64,000 nt of DNA from Nageia nagi (GCA_050084985.1 JBITNC010000001.1:72354001-72418000); one strand, 5' to 3'. Shown: positions 37,142 through 50,350, counted from the stretch's first letter. Notes: generated by a model from the sequence alone, not told the origin. Numbers and translations are program-made.

Positions 37142-37932
37142 TGTAATGACCCTATTTTTTAGAATATCTTGTATTTGGGATTTTCCACAAATCTCTTCTT
37201 GTACAAGTCAAATGTGGCCGTTGCACCTTCAAAATTGGATAGAGCATCTCGTGGCATTTGTTTTAAGTGGTCACACGACCTCTTTTGGACTAGAAACGAA
37301 GGAGTTATGGCTACTCGAAGTTCGTCAGTGGGATCAATTTTCCATATCGCGCCCACACACGAAAATTCACTTAACTTAGTGGATTTCTACTTAAAAGTGC
37401 AACGTTGGATTATAATAAGCTTTTATATTATTCTAATGTTATTTTAAGTACTTTTATTTGTAATAAAGCCAATCAATGGCTTAGATTAGCTTAGAGGGGT
37501 CAATGCAAGATTAGGGTTGGAGTCTATATAAGGAGATGCAACGCTCCATTTTGGGGATGTTATTGATATTATTGAAATTGAAATATTGAAACCCTAGAGT
37601 TTCCTTGAGTGAAGATTGAAGGTCTTGCTCACCCCAAAGTGCATTGAAGGTGCATGGTTGGGATCTTTGGCAATTTCATTGAAGGTGTGATTGCCCTAAA
37701 AACACAAAAATAGTCCCAAGGAGATTCATGGCATTTTGAAGGTGTTATATCTGCATTTTGATGTTATTTTGTGGATGCCCTTGGTTATTCCAGCGTATGT
37801 ATTGTCTTGCAATATTTTAATATATTCTCTTGGCTGGTTATTACTCATTTTTTGGGTGTCTTTTGAGTAATATTTTAGTTCTATATTTTTTCTATACTTG
37901 TATTTCTGTAATTTCGTTTTTGGGACATTACA
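37142..37932 (+). mobile_element. Solo LTR of family A (791 bp), inverted relative to the adjacent 5' LTR
   Basis: tgtaatgaccc...gggacattaca with perfect TSD GTCAC (37137-37141 and 37933-37937), inside gag of element B. Confidence 0.93.
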
Positions 37933-38269
37933 GTCACCTTGTGTGGCATGGGATGTTGAAGCTTGTTGTGCATGGGAACATGTTGAGGAGCCATGAGAGC
38001 CAAATGACGGATCATTTATTCCATCAGTGTAGTCATTATTGACCAGTAAAAATACCTGCAATGTTATCCTCAAATGCATTTCTTCTCCTTTCATCATCTT
38101 CAATTATTTTACTTTCTTCTTCCTAATAGTCATCACCTTTGTTTCCCATATCTCCAACCAGATTTGAACTTTGCGATGATTGGTAGGGCATGATCTATTT
38201 CTCCGTAGGTTATATTAATGGTGTATTAACTGTCTTCATAGGTTGATTGAAAACCAGCTTTGATACCAT

Positions 38270-39312
38270 TGTAAGATCTCTAACTAGAAAATCCATAAAT
38301 TTTACAAATAGAAATCAGTATTACTTAGATATTTTTTACCATAAATTCTCAAAATTGCCAGATCAATCTCCACAAATTTTATTAAAATATTTTGAAAGTA
38401 GCATCACAATCTAGGGCACTCAAGGTATATAAAAATTGCTCCAACAGTATAAAGTAATATGTCTAGAAATGGGCACTCCACTTTAAGAGGCAAATCAAGT
38501 CTGAAAAGCACACAATAGGCCTCCAAAACTGGGCACTCCACGCAAGAGGCCAAACCTAATCTGAACACAGACATATCTGGTCTCAAATCTGAAAACACAC
38601 TGATATGGTCTGAAATCTGTCTACAAGCTCTAAAATATGTCCAAGGAGATGATCGCTCCTCCCTAAAATGCTCGATCTTCAGATTGATGCTCAAACTTAT
38701 CTAGAAATCTCTCTTCTTCAACAATAAAGCACAAATGTAAACCTTGGATGGATTTACCATAGAAAATACAAGCTTGTTCTTCCTTAAGCTTACCACCAAG
38801 AGGTTGGCCTTCCTCTAGGGTTCTCACTCCAATAGGTTTTCAAACTACAGAAGGAATAGAGATTGCTGCTCCAACAATGTTCTCCCAAAATATTAGTTGT
38901 AAAATTATCAAAAGCCCCTTACAAATGAAACCATTTCTCACTTATCTAGACAAATAACCCTTGTTGGTGATGAGATCTCAGCCACAAGATGCCAAGATCA
39001 ATTACAAAGGCCAAATGGCAGTTACAAAATCTCCATCTAGGAAGACTTAGTTTGACTTTAGTAACTCCTAAATATGCTAAGATCAGTTACAAAAGCTAAA
39101 TGGCAATTACAAATGCATTAAGACATTAAATAATGCCTTATCTTTATGACCACACATTCCTAAAAACAAACGAAAACACACCTAACCTACCTATGCACTA
39201 CCAAACACTTTATTTTCACCAAAACACCACGAACTACTGGAAAAGGGTGGACATCACTCTCCAAGAGGCATATTTGCATTATTTAAGCACCAAAATTGAA
39301 AGAGACATTACA
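38270..39312 (-). repeat. 5' LTR of element B
   Basis: Minus strand tgtaatgtctc...gagatcttaca, immediately followed by the PBS. Confidence 0.75.
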
Positions 39313-39799
39313 CATCCCAAATGATATATTAGAATGTTTCAGGGAATTTATTTGGAAGAGACTTCGTTTTCACTACTTGAAGAGGTAAACATCCCACATC
39401 TTGTCCTGTTCAATGTAGCCATTCACAACTGTCTGGTATATTGTAGGGACAGACTCTTGGATGCCAACAAACTCTTATGATCAGTGGGGATGTTCGTTTG
39501 TCATGTTCCTTTTGATAACATTCTTCTGTCCTTATATTTCTGCACCTTTGAAATGAATTATCAGATAATTAAATCATACTATATCCTGGAATATATCATA
39601 TCTCTTTTAAGTAATTTCATGTAGTATATTCTGAGGCCTTGTGTGCAGTGCTCTACAGAAGCACCTGAAATCACATTGAAACAACACCTTTTTTTGTAAG
39701 CAAAACAACATGAATAAGTATTAAATAAAAAGTAATAATACAAAGGTTGCCAACACAGGTTTGTCTACTATGTTAGAAAGCTTGGTGAGCAAAACATCC

Positions 39800-42700
39800 T
39801 ATTGTTCCCGCATAACACACCCCCAAAAATACAAGATTTTGGGTACCGAATTTTTGCAAATATGGGAATCCAAGTTATACCAAGTTCATGAAATGAACTA
39901 GCTAGGATGACTTGAGGGTTGATTCTTAGCAGTCTTAAGGGATGATATAATGGAATGGTACATGGCGGTTATCTGCTGGGATTCCTTGGGAGATTCAAAG
40001 TATTCAGTCAACAGTTTCTTTGAGACCACGACTAGTTCAGGATGATCAAGTGATGAAGATATACACGTAGTGAGAAATGTAAAGTGTGGATTCATTGTGA
40101 ATTCAAAGTTTGGGGACAAAGGTTGTAGACAATTCAAAATGAGACACATTTAAGCTTGGAACCTCTCAGTTTGGATCAAAGATGCTCCCTAGAGGACTAA
40201 GTGAAGAATTTGGGGTCTTAATGCCTTCAAGAGGAATGGAGTTGTGCTTACATTGAAAAGACAGTTTCTCATACAAGTTTGATGGAAAATGTGTAGATAC
40301 CCTCAAGAGAAGCTTGGGAAAAGAATAACATTCAAACTTGTAACTTTTCAATTTCCTCCAAAGTTGCTCATTCCCTCTCCGGGGGCAGTTTTTTGTGGTT
40401 TACTCATTCAAAGAGAGAAAACATGTGCCTAGCAAGACCATGCACACAAGAAATCTCAAAATTGCAAGTTGACCGATCAAAATTGTGGCATGTGGGTATG
40501 GTTGGAAGTCATGAAATGAGCATTTTTGCTCTTGAGAATTTCGAAAATACATTAAAATCACCTCATGGAGACATAGGTGCAGATTTTAGGAGTTTAACCC
40601 CCCTAAAAAGAAATAATGTGCGCCTAGATTGTTTGTGCACTTGTTTTTGAGGTTTACCAAATTGAAAAACTAAAACTTGGGTGTTGTAGAGCTAGGGAAA
40701 TCATGCAATTTTGGTCAAGCAAGCACATAAGAATGGTCAAAATTGTGCCCAAGAAGACTAGGTGCACATTTTCTAGTTTATCTCATTTCAAGCAAAGGAA
40801 AAACTTGCACCTTACAAAAGATGGGTCAAATCTTTGTCAAGATTGCAAATTGAAGGCATGATGAGGTGCACAATCCAATTCCATACGAGATTGATCTTGG
40901 AATCATTCAAAAGACCAAGTTTAACCCCTCCAAATCATGGCGCACATTTCTAGGCTATAGGGGTGGTAATGCTTTGAATTTCATGAGTTTTGTGGAATTA
41001 ACATCACATTTCTAGGCTATAAGGTTGTTAATTCCACACGAGATTGATCTTGGAATCATTCAAAACCCCTCCAAATTTGAAGCACTCCATCTCTAGCAAC
41101 CATGAGTTTTGCTTGGAAATGATGATAAATGTGCCCAAGTTTCAAAATATCCCAAAGTTTGCTTTTGAAAGACCTCCCCCTTTGAGTTGCTAATGCTTCC
41201 ACTGCTTCAATTTTCCTCAAAAATGCTTAAAACTTCACAATACTGACATCCTTGATGGCACACTTGGAATTAATTCTTAAAAATTCCAAAATTCTAGAAA
41301 ATTTCTTTTTTTCCTAGAAAGTTCACAAAAGCTTCACAAAGACCCTCTAATGGTATGTTATTCATATGATAGGGTTACTATGACATTTGTCGTTAGGAAT
41401 ATCAAAGAGAGGAAACAAGCGAGACTAAAGATGAAAAGCCCCATTGAGTTTGAGAAGATGGCGAAACTCTACAAGCTATTGCAAAATTTCAAGATCACTT
41501 AAGTGAGATTGGAGACATTCAGTTCTCCAACATTGATCCGGTGCAACATTGATGAAGATTCAATTGATGAACCAAGTTCACTATCTCAAGACAGTTTGCA
41601 ACAATCTCTTTTGGTGGAACCATCAATGATACCATATGCCTCCCCTCTTCCAAGACTTTGTTATGAAGTGGGTCAATATTGCAACTACGCCACAAGAATC
41701 CTTTTTGATAGAGGTGGCAACAAAATTATGGACTTCACATAAGCAAATATTGGAAACGCTTTCGCTTGGACAAGTGAAGGCATATCATACAAAGTACAAG
41801 AATATTTGAAATTCTATAAAGATTTGAAGCCTCCAAGTGACTTAATCAAATATTGGCTGGCAGATGATTGCAAAAACCTCATGGGAAAAGCCTTGACTTA
41901 GCCTAAGAGGGGATATTTGTATCACACAGTGTCAAAGATCATAAGTATGCTATCAAGGGTGATTGGACAAAAGGATGAGTCGATGTTTTGACTAGAGTTC
42001 GTAGGATTCATTGATCAAATCAGTTAGGGCAAGGGCATACATTGGAGTAAAGTCATTAGTGCTTGCTTGGCTTCAAAATTAACCAACGTTAGGGTAGACA
42101 AGAAGTTCTATATGAACTCTTACTTGGTGTTCTTACTCATTGATGGTAAAGAAAGAAGAACCACCATTGCCAATACTAAATTCTTGTATGATCCTCTACA
42201 TCCTATTGGGAAAGCTACCAATGATTTTTGGTGCAAAATAGATGGATTGAAGACAACTTGAAGATGATGAATGGAAGCTTTGAGTGCCGAATTTATGATG
42301 AGATCAAAGGCATAAGGAAGATGTTCAAGATATTAGATCAAGCTATCGCAGCTCTCAAGGGAAATGTAGACTTTTACTTGCAGGACCCAAACCTCACTTA
42401 CATCAGGGTATATGGTTCGAAGGAAGCTTCGTGGAAGCGACCCCATTTTGCCAGTGATCGACTCATCCTCGTGGAATTCTCAAGGCACTTGGTGAATGTA
42501 CATGATAAGGTATTGGCTAAGAAGGCTTCTTCTACATATCAATTATTGATTATCATGAGAGGATATGAATGTACGGGTTGGTATCAAATTCCATTGATGA
42601 GACGCAAATTAGTACTTAATCATTTTGAAACGAAAGTGGTAGCAAATCAATATGATCCAAATGGGATGATTGATGCCTTTTCCAGAAAAACTTGGCAGTC

Positions 42701-45388
42701 AACTTACCCACATAAGTCCCTTGATGACATTGAGAGATATAGAAATATCCGTGATCATGTAAAGATTCAAAGGATACATAGAGAATTAACTTAAGAGAAA
42801 AAGTAAATACAAGAAGCTAGGGAGAGTAGCAGGCACTAATCGCCAACACCAATTGAAAGGTCCCCAAAGCATGCATATGTCATTCCGGTTATATCACCCA
42901 CAATAGCTTTGGCATAGATGCGAAACATACAATATGGTACTATGAGTGTTCTTGAGCAAACTATCAATACTATTGAGTGTCAAATGCTATCAACAACTTA
43001 AGAGAGGCTAGCTTGATTTCATGCCCACTTGTTCATCTTTAAAAAGTGGTGAGTCATCCAAGTGGTTCAAGGCAAAACGTTGCACATCATCTTTCGAGTC
43101 CCTCGAGTTCATCTTCCAGTTCAACTTCGAGCAAATATGGCACAGATACCAATGCAACTAGTTCAGATGGTGAAATAATTTTTGATGCAACTATAAATAC
43201 TAATATTGATATAGATCAAGATTATATGTCCGATAGGGTGGAAATTGAAGACGCAAGAAATTTTTTTATTGAAGATAATTCCATGATTGGTATAGCTATA
43301 CAAGAAGCTGCAAAACCTTCAGCTTCAAAACCCACTACACCTAAGAGAGCATCTAAAGGACCTCCACATGCAAAGAAGACTCCTGCAACAATTCGGCAAG
43401 GTAGTTTTAGACCAAGAGGGATAACATATTCATCGGGAGGAGATGAAGGAAACAAAGAAGAAGGAGAGAATGACAAGAAACACAAAAAGAGAAGGCAAAT
43501 AGAGCATGGTAGCAACAGTAACAAAGATAGAGAGATGGCTACTTGTAAAGAGCTTCAAAAGGAGTCACGTTTTGATATAACTGACTGTAGTTTTGGCAAA
43601 TCTGAGGGAGAATGACCCTTTTTAAGGAGAATAATTTGAAGATGAAAATGATGAACTTCAACAAATTGACACCCTTACCACTACAATAGACAAAGTCAAC
43701 CACAAGGATACACTCTACTTTGGAAAGACCAAGGTCGACATTGGTAATTTTGCTCACTACTGAAGTTGAAGAAACGCCTACTAAAATAATTGGTCCATTA
43801 GGAATGGAACATACACTTGTCACTATTGCTAAAGCATTGAGAGAGTTGGGAACCCAAAAGAATGTACAAATCAAGGAATTGAAGAAAAAAGTGGCTAGCC
43901 AGGAAAAAGGTCAAATAAGTGGAATTAGCTCACCTTACTGTTGAAGACATTAGGAAGCAAGCAAATTTAAACACTAGAATTTCTGCAGTAAAAAGAAAGT
44001 GGACCAAGAGCTTGGTTGATGCTATCAAGAAACTTTTCTTGAATATAGCAAACTTCATTGAAGAAAATGGTTCACTGACTCACTCAGGATGAAAGGCATG
44101 AAAATTTGATCAATAGGTGGAGAGAAATTTTCTCTATCATGCATGATCTAAGGAGAAGGGCGTCTCTCAAACTAGCTACTCTCAATTATTGTTATGATTG
44201 GTTTCACCTATATGATCATATACATTATATCAAGGTCAAAACTCATGATTTTATAGTCAATTTTATTTTAGCATTTTTTGCTATATCTAGCCAAGTTTTA
44301 GCTAACTTAGTGGAATACCACTAAGTCGGAATGTAATCTCAATTAGCATTCAATTAACAATTAATTAGCTTTTGATTTTGCAATTAGGGATTAGGGTTCC
44401 AAAATTTCTATAAATATGGGGCATGGGGTCTCATTATTGTAGGAGCTCAATTCTTGAGAAAAGAAATTTTTTGTAAAGTGAGAGCAAACTTGTAAATTTT
44501 TGCACAACTCCTTTTACAATCAATACAAAGTGGTTGAGTTAAAGATCAATGTTGATCATACAATTTTGGTATTATGAGTTGAATCTTGAAGGGCTTTCTT
44601 AGTTGGTTTGTACACTATGGCATCCTTCCTTTCAAAACTTTCGAGTTTTAGGGACAATATGATTGCATTATTTTACTAAGTGTTTGAAACTGATCTTTGA
44701 TAGTTGCTTAATTCATACCATGCAAGTTAGGCAAGGTATTCTAAATCTGTTTTCACTTTTATGATATGAAACTAGAATTTTCATCCAAACTAAGTTCTTC
44801 CCACATGTTCTTCCAACGCGTTCATTTGATTGATTTGGTCTGTTCATGCAAGTATTAACAGTCAGCTCTACTTCAACCTCCTCTTTGAAACAACTCGAAC
44901 TATAGTTGTTTGTTTGCAAAGTTGGATGACTTGGATGAAACTTTCTTGACTGATCCGAAAGGTACGAACTGTTAAGACAATGCTTTGTTGTGTTGATTAG
45001 TTTGGTATCTGACCAAGTATTCTGTTTCTTTCTCAAAATGTAGTTTCTCAATTAACTGTATTGCCTTTAAGCTTTCTTTTAGGCTTTCAAAAAATCAAGA
45101 CAACTTCTAAATTTGTACACAAGTGTTACAGATAAAATCTATATATAATATGTTGGTTAACAGTTACTATCTCTAAACATTCCATTCGAGCTGATTCCTG
45201 AAGAGAAAGACTTCAAAAGATAAGAAAGACTTGCATAGCATTCATTTGTTTGTTTTGCAGATTTCTCAGAAACCTTGGGGTAATCAGTCTTTACAAGCGG
45301 GGAATAAGTGATGCATTTTCACCTAAGATGCTGGGCAGTTTTCACCTCCGGTGATTTAGAGTTATGAGGGGAGTAATTCTTCCCAACA
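39800..45388 (+). mobile_element. Giant TG..CA element, copy E4 (5.6 kb), with ORF
   Basis: t(a)ttgttcccgcataacacacccccaaaa...ttcttcccaaca with perfect TSD CATCC (39795-39799 and 45389-45393). No internal direct repeat, PBS or PPT. LTR-like TATA (ctataaata) at ~44408. Confidence 0.9.
41380..44255 (+). pseudogene. Family ORF of E4, decayed, C-terminus deleted
   Basis: SPLPRLCYEVG, KIMDFT, KFYMNSYLVFLL, TYIRVYGSKE, SDRLILVEFSRHL, YDPNGMIDAF and HKSLDDIERYRN, then a Ser-rich linker. Confidence 0.82.
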
Positions 45389-46482
45389 CATCCCTAACCT
45401 GAGATTGTACAATTGGGTTTTACAGATGTTGATTAATTATTTTCAATTCTTCATAGTATAAGTTATTGATTTCTTACATCCCAGAGTTCTAGCTTTTCAT
45501 GTAAGGCATTGGGTTTTTCATGGTGGTTGATCTGTACACCAGGAGGTCCAGTGGACAATAAGGAAGAAAAATAGTGGCAAAAGAAACATAGGAATTGGAA
45601 TGCACAGAAGTGTACAAATGGATGGTCGCATAGTACAGCATGCACAAATGGATCTTATTTCATTATTCACAAATGTAGTGTATTTTTACACACGTTCTGC
45701 TGACTTCATTAAATACATGTTGAACATCTACCTAGCTTGGAGGCAGGTGGATAGGTACAAAGGTAGATGAATAATTAAAAAATAGATGTTGAGGATAAGT
45801 GCCTGTCAAAAGGTTTAAATGTTCAACCCTTATTAATAAATGAGGGTAGGTAACCTTGTAAATCACAAGTAGGTCCACCGGATCACTGGTTAATCTTTTG
45901 TGAAGATGATGTCTGGTGATGATAATATTCTGCTAAGTAAAGGAGGATCCTGTGCTTGCTATATGTGCCAAGCCTTGTACAGCCATCTGGAACTATTTTT
46001 AATTCGTCTTATTATGCAGACTTGGGAAAGAATTAAACATTCAATGATATCGAAGATGAGCTAGAGACGAATGATGCTAGTGCATTATTCCACATTATAA
46101 ATTTAGTTTAAGAAGGCATGGAAATTGGACAAGAACTGACTTTGTAATAGAATATTGTTCTTATTAATATTTTTTCCCCACTTATGATGGTTTACGAGGC
46201 ATCCCACCATGTAAACTCGATTCTATTCATTAATATTCTGTTTGATATGTTAGTTATGGAATGCAAATCTGAAGTTTATTACATTGGGCATTTGAGAGTT
46301 CACTATTAAAATAACATACTAGATCATGTTCCTATTATTATATTCTGTTTTATACAAACCCTCTTTTAAGTGCTTTGTGCTATATTTCTTTAGAAGGATC
46401 AAGCAAATTTTGTCTATGCAATGTTGTATTTTTTTAGTTTCATTTAAATGCAAGACATTAAAAGGATTTGATTATCTTGTAG

Positions 46483-46569
46483 TGTTTTCTTGAGGAGAGT
46501 CGTTCTTTGATGCGTTTGCCGCCTCGTCCATCAACTGCTGAGGCAGACCTCAAAGTTCCCTTTCAACAG
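46483..46569 (+). CDS. GCP4: GCP4 exon
   Basis: cttgtag|CFLEESRSLMRLPPRPSTAEADLKVPFQQ|gtacc; continues GDFFQ from the exon ending at 8315. Confidence 0.95.
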
Positions 46570-47059
46570 GTACCTTAGATTATTTCACTATTATGATCTT
46601 TTGTATATGATTGTTTTGTGTTGTTTTGAGTAAGCTTTTACGACTTCTTTTTTCCTTCTGCTTAAACTTGTTAACTGTCAGGTAATCTATGGCTGGATTA
46701 ACTAAGATGTTTTGTTCTGTGAATTGTGATATATGGAGCTTATCTCTCTTTCTTGTTCTAGTAACAAGTGCCTGTATATATTCATGTAAACCGTAAAAAT
46801 GACACATTTCTGCTTGGTTGTGTTGTGGATTAATGTTCAACTTTATACAATAACCTACATATATTGTTGGTTCAGAAAATGAGCGGAAAATTGTTGATCA
46901 GTTAACAAGTTATCCTTTAATTGGATTAAAGTAAATGATTCATGGAGTATATTAGTTTGCAGATGCATGTGACCTTAGGTAGATTCCATTTACTGAAAAT
47001 TTATGCAGAAAAATTAGATATAGAACTATAGACACAGAAAAAGATAGCAATATATTGAA

Positions 47060-47240
47060 ATATGTACAATCTATGGAATGTGAATAGATTAATGGCTAAA
47101 TGTAGTGTAGAGATCTATCAACTAGTGTTATGCAAACATAAAAGAGGGGAAACAGAGTAAACTTATCTAGAATTCGGTGATTGAAGACAGGCTAACGAAT
47201 AACTTGTGTTCTTGGAGGACAAATCTTGTTATTCTTAAAT
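47060..47240. repeat. Old dispersed repeat, second copy at ~52080-52260
   Basis: Shared ctatggaatg...taaatgtagt(g/a)tagagatcta...tgcaaa...ttgtgttc(t/a)tggagg. Confidence 0.5.
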
Positions 47241-49189
47241 GAATGGATGACATATCTGTGTTTTGTTGTGCTGGGCTTAAATTGGCTTTCAAAGTTCGGT
47301 TTGGGTCAATTTGGGTTAGGGACCAGATCACCTACGTTCTGGGGCTGAGTTACCAAAAGGCTCACATTCTGGAAAGCGATATCCAGAACACCCATGTTCT
47401 GGGCCTAGTACCGTTATGGGATGCAATGACTTTAGGTAGATGTATTTTCAATCTTTGGCCTGGTTCAGACAATCTCCTTGGAAGGTTTTGCTGCAGTACC
47501 TATGCATATGGCTCAAGGAAAAGCTTGGAAGAATGTTGAACAACTTTGCAAAAGACATTAACATTAGACCATTTCTTGTAAATATCTAGAATGTTTCTGT
47601 ATTTTTGTAATTTTTTGCCGCTATGTTTAATGAGCTTTTGCTCTTTGCTTTATATAGACTTGGAGAAGTCTAATTTTGAATTCACCTTGGTGAGAGAACT
47701 TAAGCCGACATGTACATGAGATAATGTACGATTCAAAGTATTACATAAGTTGATTTCTAAAAATGGCCAAAGTGGATCCAAAATTGACAGTTTACACAAA
47801 TCAAATAAACACTTAAATAAATACATTTTAAATAACAAAAAAATAAATTTAAATGTTTCGAAAAACATATAGTTAGAGAAATGTCTCTGCACTAAGTTTT
47901 ACTTAGTTCATGATAGTATCATAACTATAAGACTTTTATGTCCATCAAGATTCAACAGTGAGTTACTGTTTTCTCTTACATCACTTATACAAAGGCACAA
48001 TAAATATAAGAGAAAAACATAAACTTGTAAATGATAGTACAATTTTAAGTGTATTGTAAAATTTAGACACTCTTTAAGATGCTTGAAGTACTTCATGGTA
48101 GCCGATGTATGTTTAACTGGAACTGCTGGGATGAATGAAATGACCTTACTTTATCCCGTAACTCGTTATGCCAGGAAGTTTGAACAAATGTACCTATGCT
48201 AACTGTTTAATTTTGCTTTCAAAATTTATAGCAAGTGATTGAAAATGCCTTGATGCCAAATATGTTTTTCAAAATTACATCAAAATTTTGTTGATATTCT
48301 CAATTCCTACTATATGCTTTTTATTGAAATGGAGTTTACAGCAATTACATTAGGCGGTTGTGTGTCTAGTATGTTATGTTAATCCTTTTCTGTTCCTAAT
48401 AGCATCCATCTACCTTGCCATTATTTGTGAGATTCATCCTGGCTTCATGTTCTAAAGGGGCTAGAGCAATTCATTTGGAGTAAAAGGGAAATTTTCCATA
48501 TCTAATTCTAGAGGAAGTCAAAGTCGCATCTATGATGTTTTGTGCCTGAAATTAATGGAGGCCACACAAAAATAGCAAAAACATTTGGTGAAATTCATTT
48601 TTAAATGGTACCAATGAAGATGATCATTCAAAACAAAGCTTCTTGTAGAGAATATAGTGAAGTTGCACTTGACACTAGTCATGTCATAGCTTCATATTTG
48701 ATATTGCATCTCAAAGACAAACGAATTGAGTGAGACCTAAAAAGATCTGTATAGAAGATTAAAATTCACTATGCACTTAGTTTGGCTTGAGTTATCAATA
48801 AGGTGTCCTAGGAAATTATGAAGTATTGAATCCCATTGTAATTTGAACTGCATGGCATGAAAAGTGTATTGATGCATTTATAGTTGTTCTCTATTTAGAT
48901 CATTCGCTGTTGTTGCCTTTGAAATGCAGGAGAAATCTTTTTGCCAGTTTGCTTACAATTTGATATAGTACTGAAAAATATATTTTTTGATGTTTGATAT
49001 ATCCCTGAAAAGAAAGTTGGAGGCATAAGTCGCATGGACAAAGTTTATAGCAAGCTTGAGACATGAAAGGTAGCCCAAATCTTTTGATGGTGGGTGGGCA
49101 TTTTCTTATGTTGTGAATGCATAGTTAGACATAATTACGAAACATTATGAGTCTGTCATGTAGTGATTGCTTTTTTTCTTTTTCTTTTT

Positions 49190-49545
49190 TCGAGTTGCAT
49201 TAGCCAAGGATGAGCAAGAAAATTGCATATTTGGGAATATTCTGAAGTTTTACCTAGTTTTGATTAGGTTTTCATTAGTTTATCAAAAACTAGCAACTTG
49301 GTGAAACATTGCGGAATCTCTCTCCCCCTCTCTCTCTTTATATATATGTGTGTGTGTGTTTTTTTTTCTGTTCTTTTTTTACCTTTCCTCTATATGTAAC
49401 TTCATTTGTTGTGATTGAAGTTTTTTATTGAGTTGCATTAGCCAAATATAAGCGAGAGACATCACATATTCTGGAATATTCTTGAATGTTACCTAGGTTT
49501 TGATGAATTTTTGGCTAGTTTTGAAAAAGTCAGCAAGTTCAATTA
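49190..49545. repeat. Diverged local duplication (~240-bp period) with a CT/TA/TG microsatellite
   Basis: gagttgcattagccaa...ggaatattct...ttacctag at ~49192 and ~49430. Confidence 0.55.
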
Positions 49546-50125
49546 GTTTTTAAAAAACTTCTATGTTCTCTTTCTTGAGTTTTTGAAATGTGTTGATCTC
49601 AATTATTGGGGAAGTCCAAATTTCACATCTTATTTCATTTAGCTGACTTGAAGTTGATAAGTTTGTTTGAATTAATTGATCTTCGACACTCTCTTAGTCT
49701 TCTTTTGTGAGGAAACTGCAGACTTATTTCTATAACCTTAATGGGGCCATCCAGTGTCATAAAATAATTGAAGGACATTTGTTTTTCTCTTACCTATCTA
49801 CCATTTGTATTAAAATTTCTTATTAAGATATAGAAGAATATCTTTTCTGTTTTTTTAGATGTCATGTGGCATATCCTGAAAATTTTCCTGTGAAGAAGAT
49901 CAAGAACTTTTTTTGAACTTTGGATCAAATCTCAGTTTACTCGTTCGTGTAAACATTAAGTTTACTGAGTTGTTATTAATCTTTTAAACTATGTTTCTGT
50001 AATTACATATTCAATAATGACAATATCCTTGATATCTAAAATTTTTATATATAGTTTGGGATTCCTTGTAATATCTTGTTGGTTCCAATGCCTCTTTCAA
50101 ATGTTCTAACACAATGTTCATACAG

Positions 50126-50181
50126 GCTGCAATCAAAACTATTGGAGATGATGATAAATACTTTTCAAGGGTTTCATTGAG
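50126..50181 (+). CDS. GCP4: GCP4 exon
   Basis: tacag|AAIKTIGDDDKYFSRVSL-R|gtttg. Confidence 0.93.
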
Positions 50182-50350
50182 GTTTGAACATAATTAAATT
50201 CTGATGTGGTTCAAGAGCACATAATATCCTTCTTGTTCCTTCTGTTTAACAATGATCAGAAATATGTGCTAGTTATTTGCTAGCCTTTTTGGCAATATTT
50301 AATCTGATGGAGGACCAGCTTCAGTCTAAAGCTTTGAGATGTTCTTGCAG

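Larger units (their letters stand above)
9119..39312 (-). mobile_element. Decayed chromovirus-type Ty3/Gypsy retrotransposon B: 5' LTR, PBS, gag-PR-RT-partial RH; 3' end lost; hosts nested insertions
   Basis: 5' LTR 38270-39312 and PBS TGGTATCAAAGC (tRNA-iMet type) at 38257-38268. Motifs: gag KLTRMQVPMFDG, knuckle KGLCFSC, protease LIDGGATFNFI, RT YEFLVMPFGLTNAPATFQ and decayed FFDDILVY, RH TPDFTQPFVVECDA. The gag frame rejoins across the nested insertions. Confidence 0.88.
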
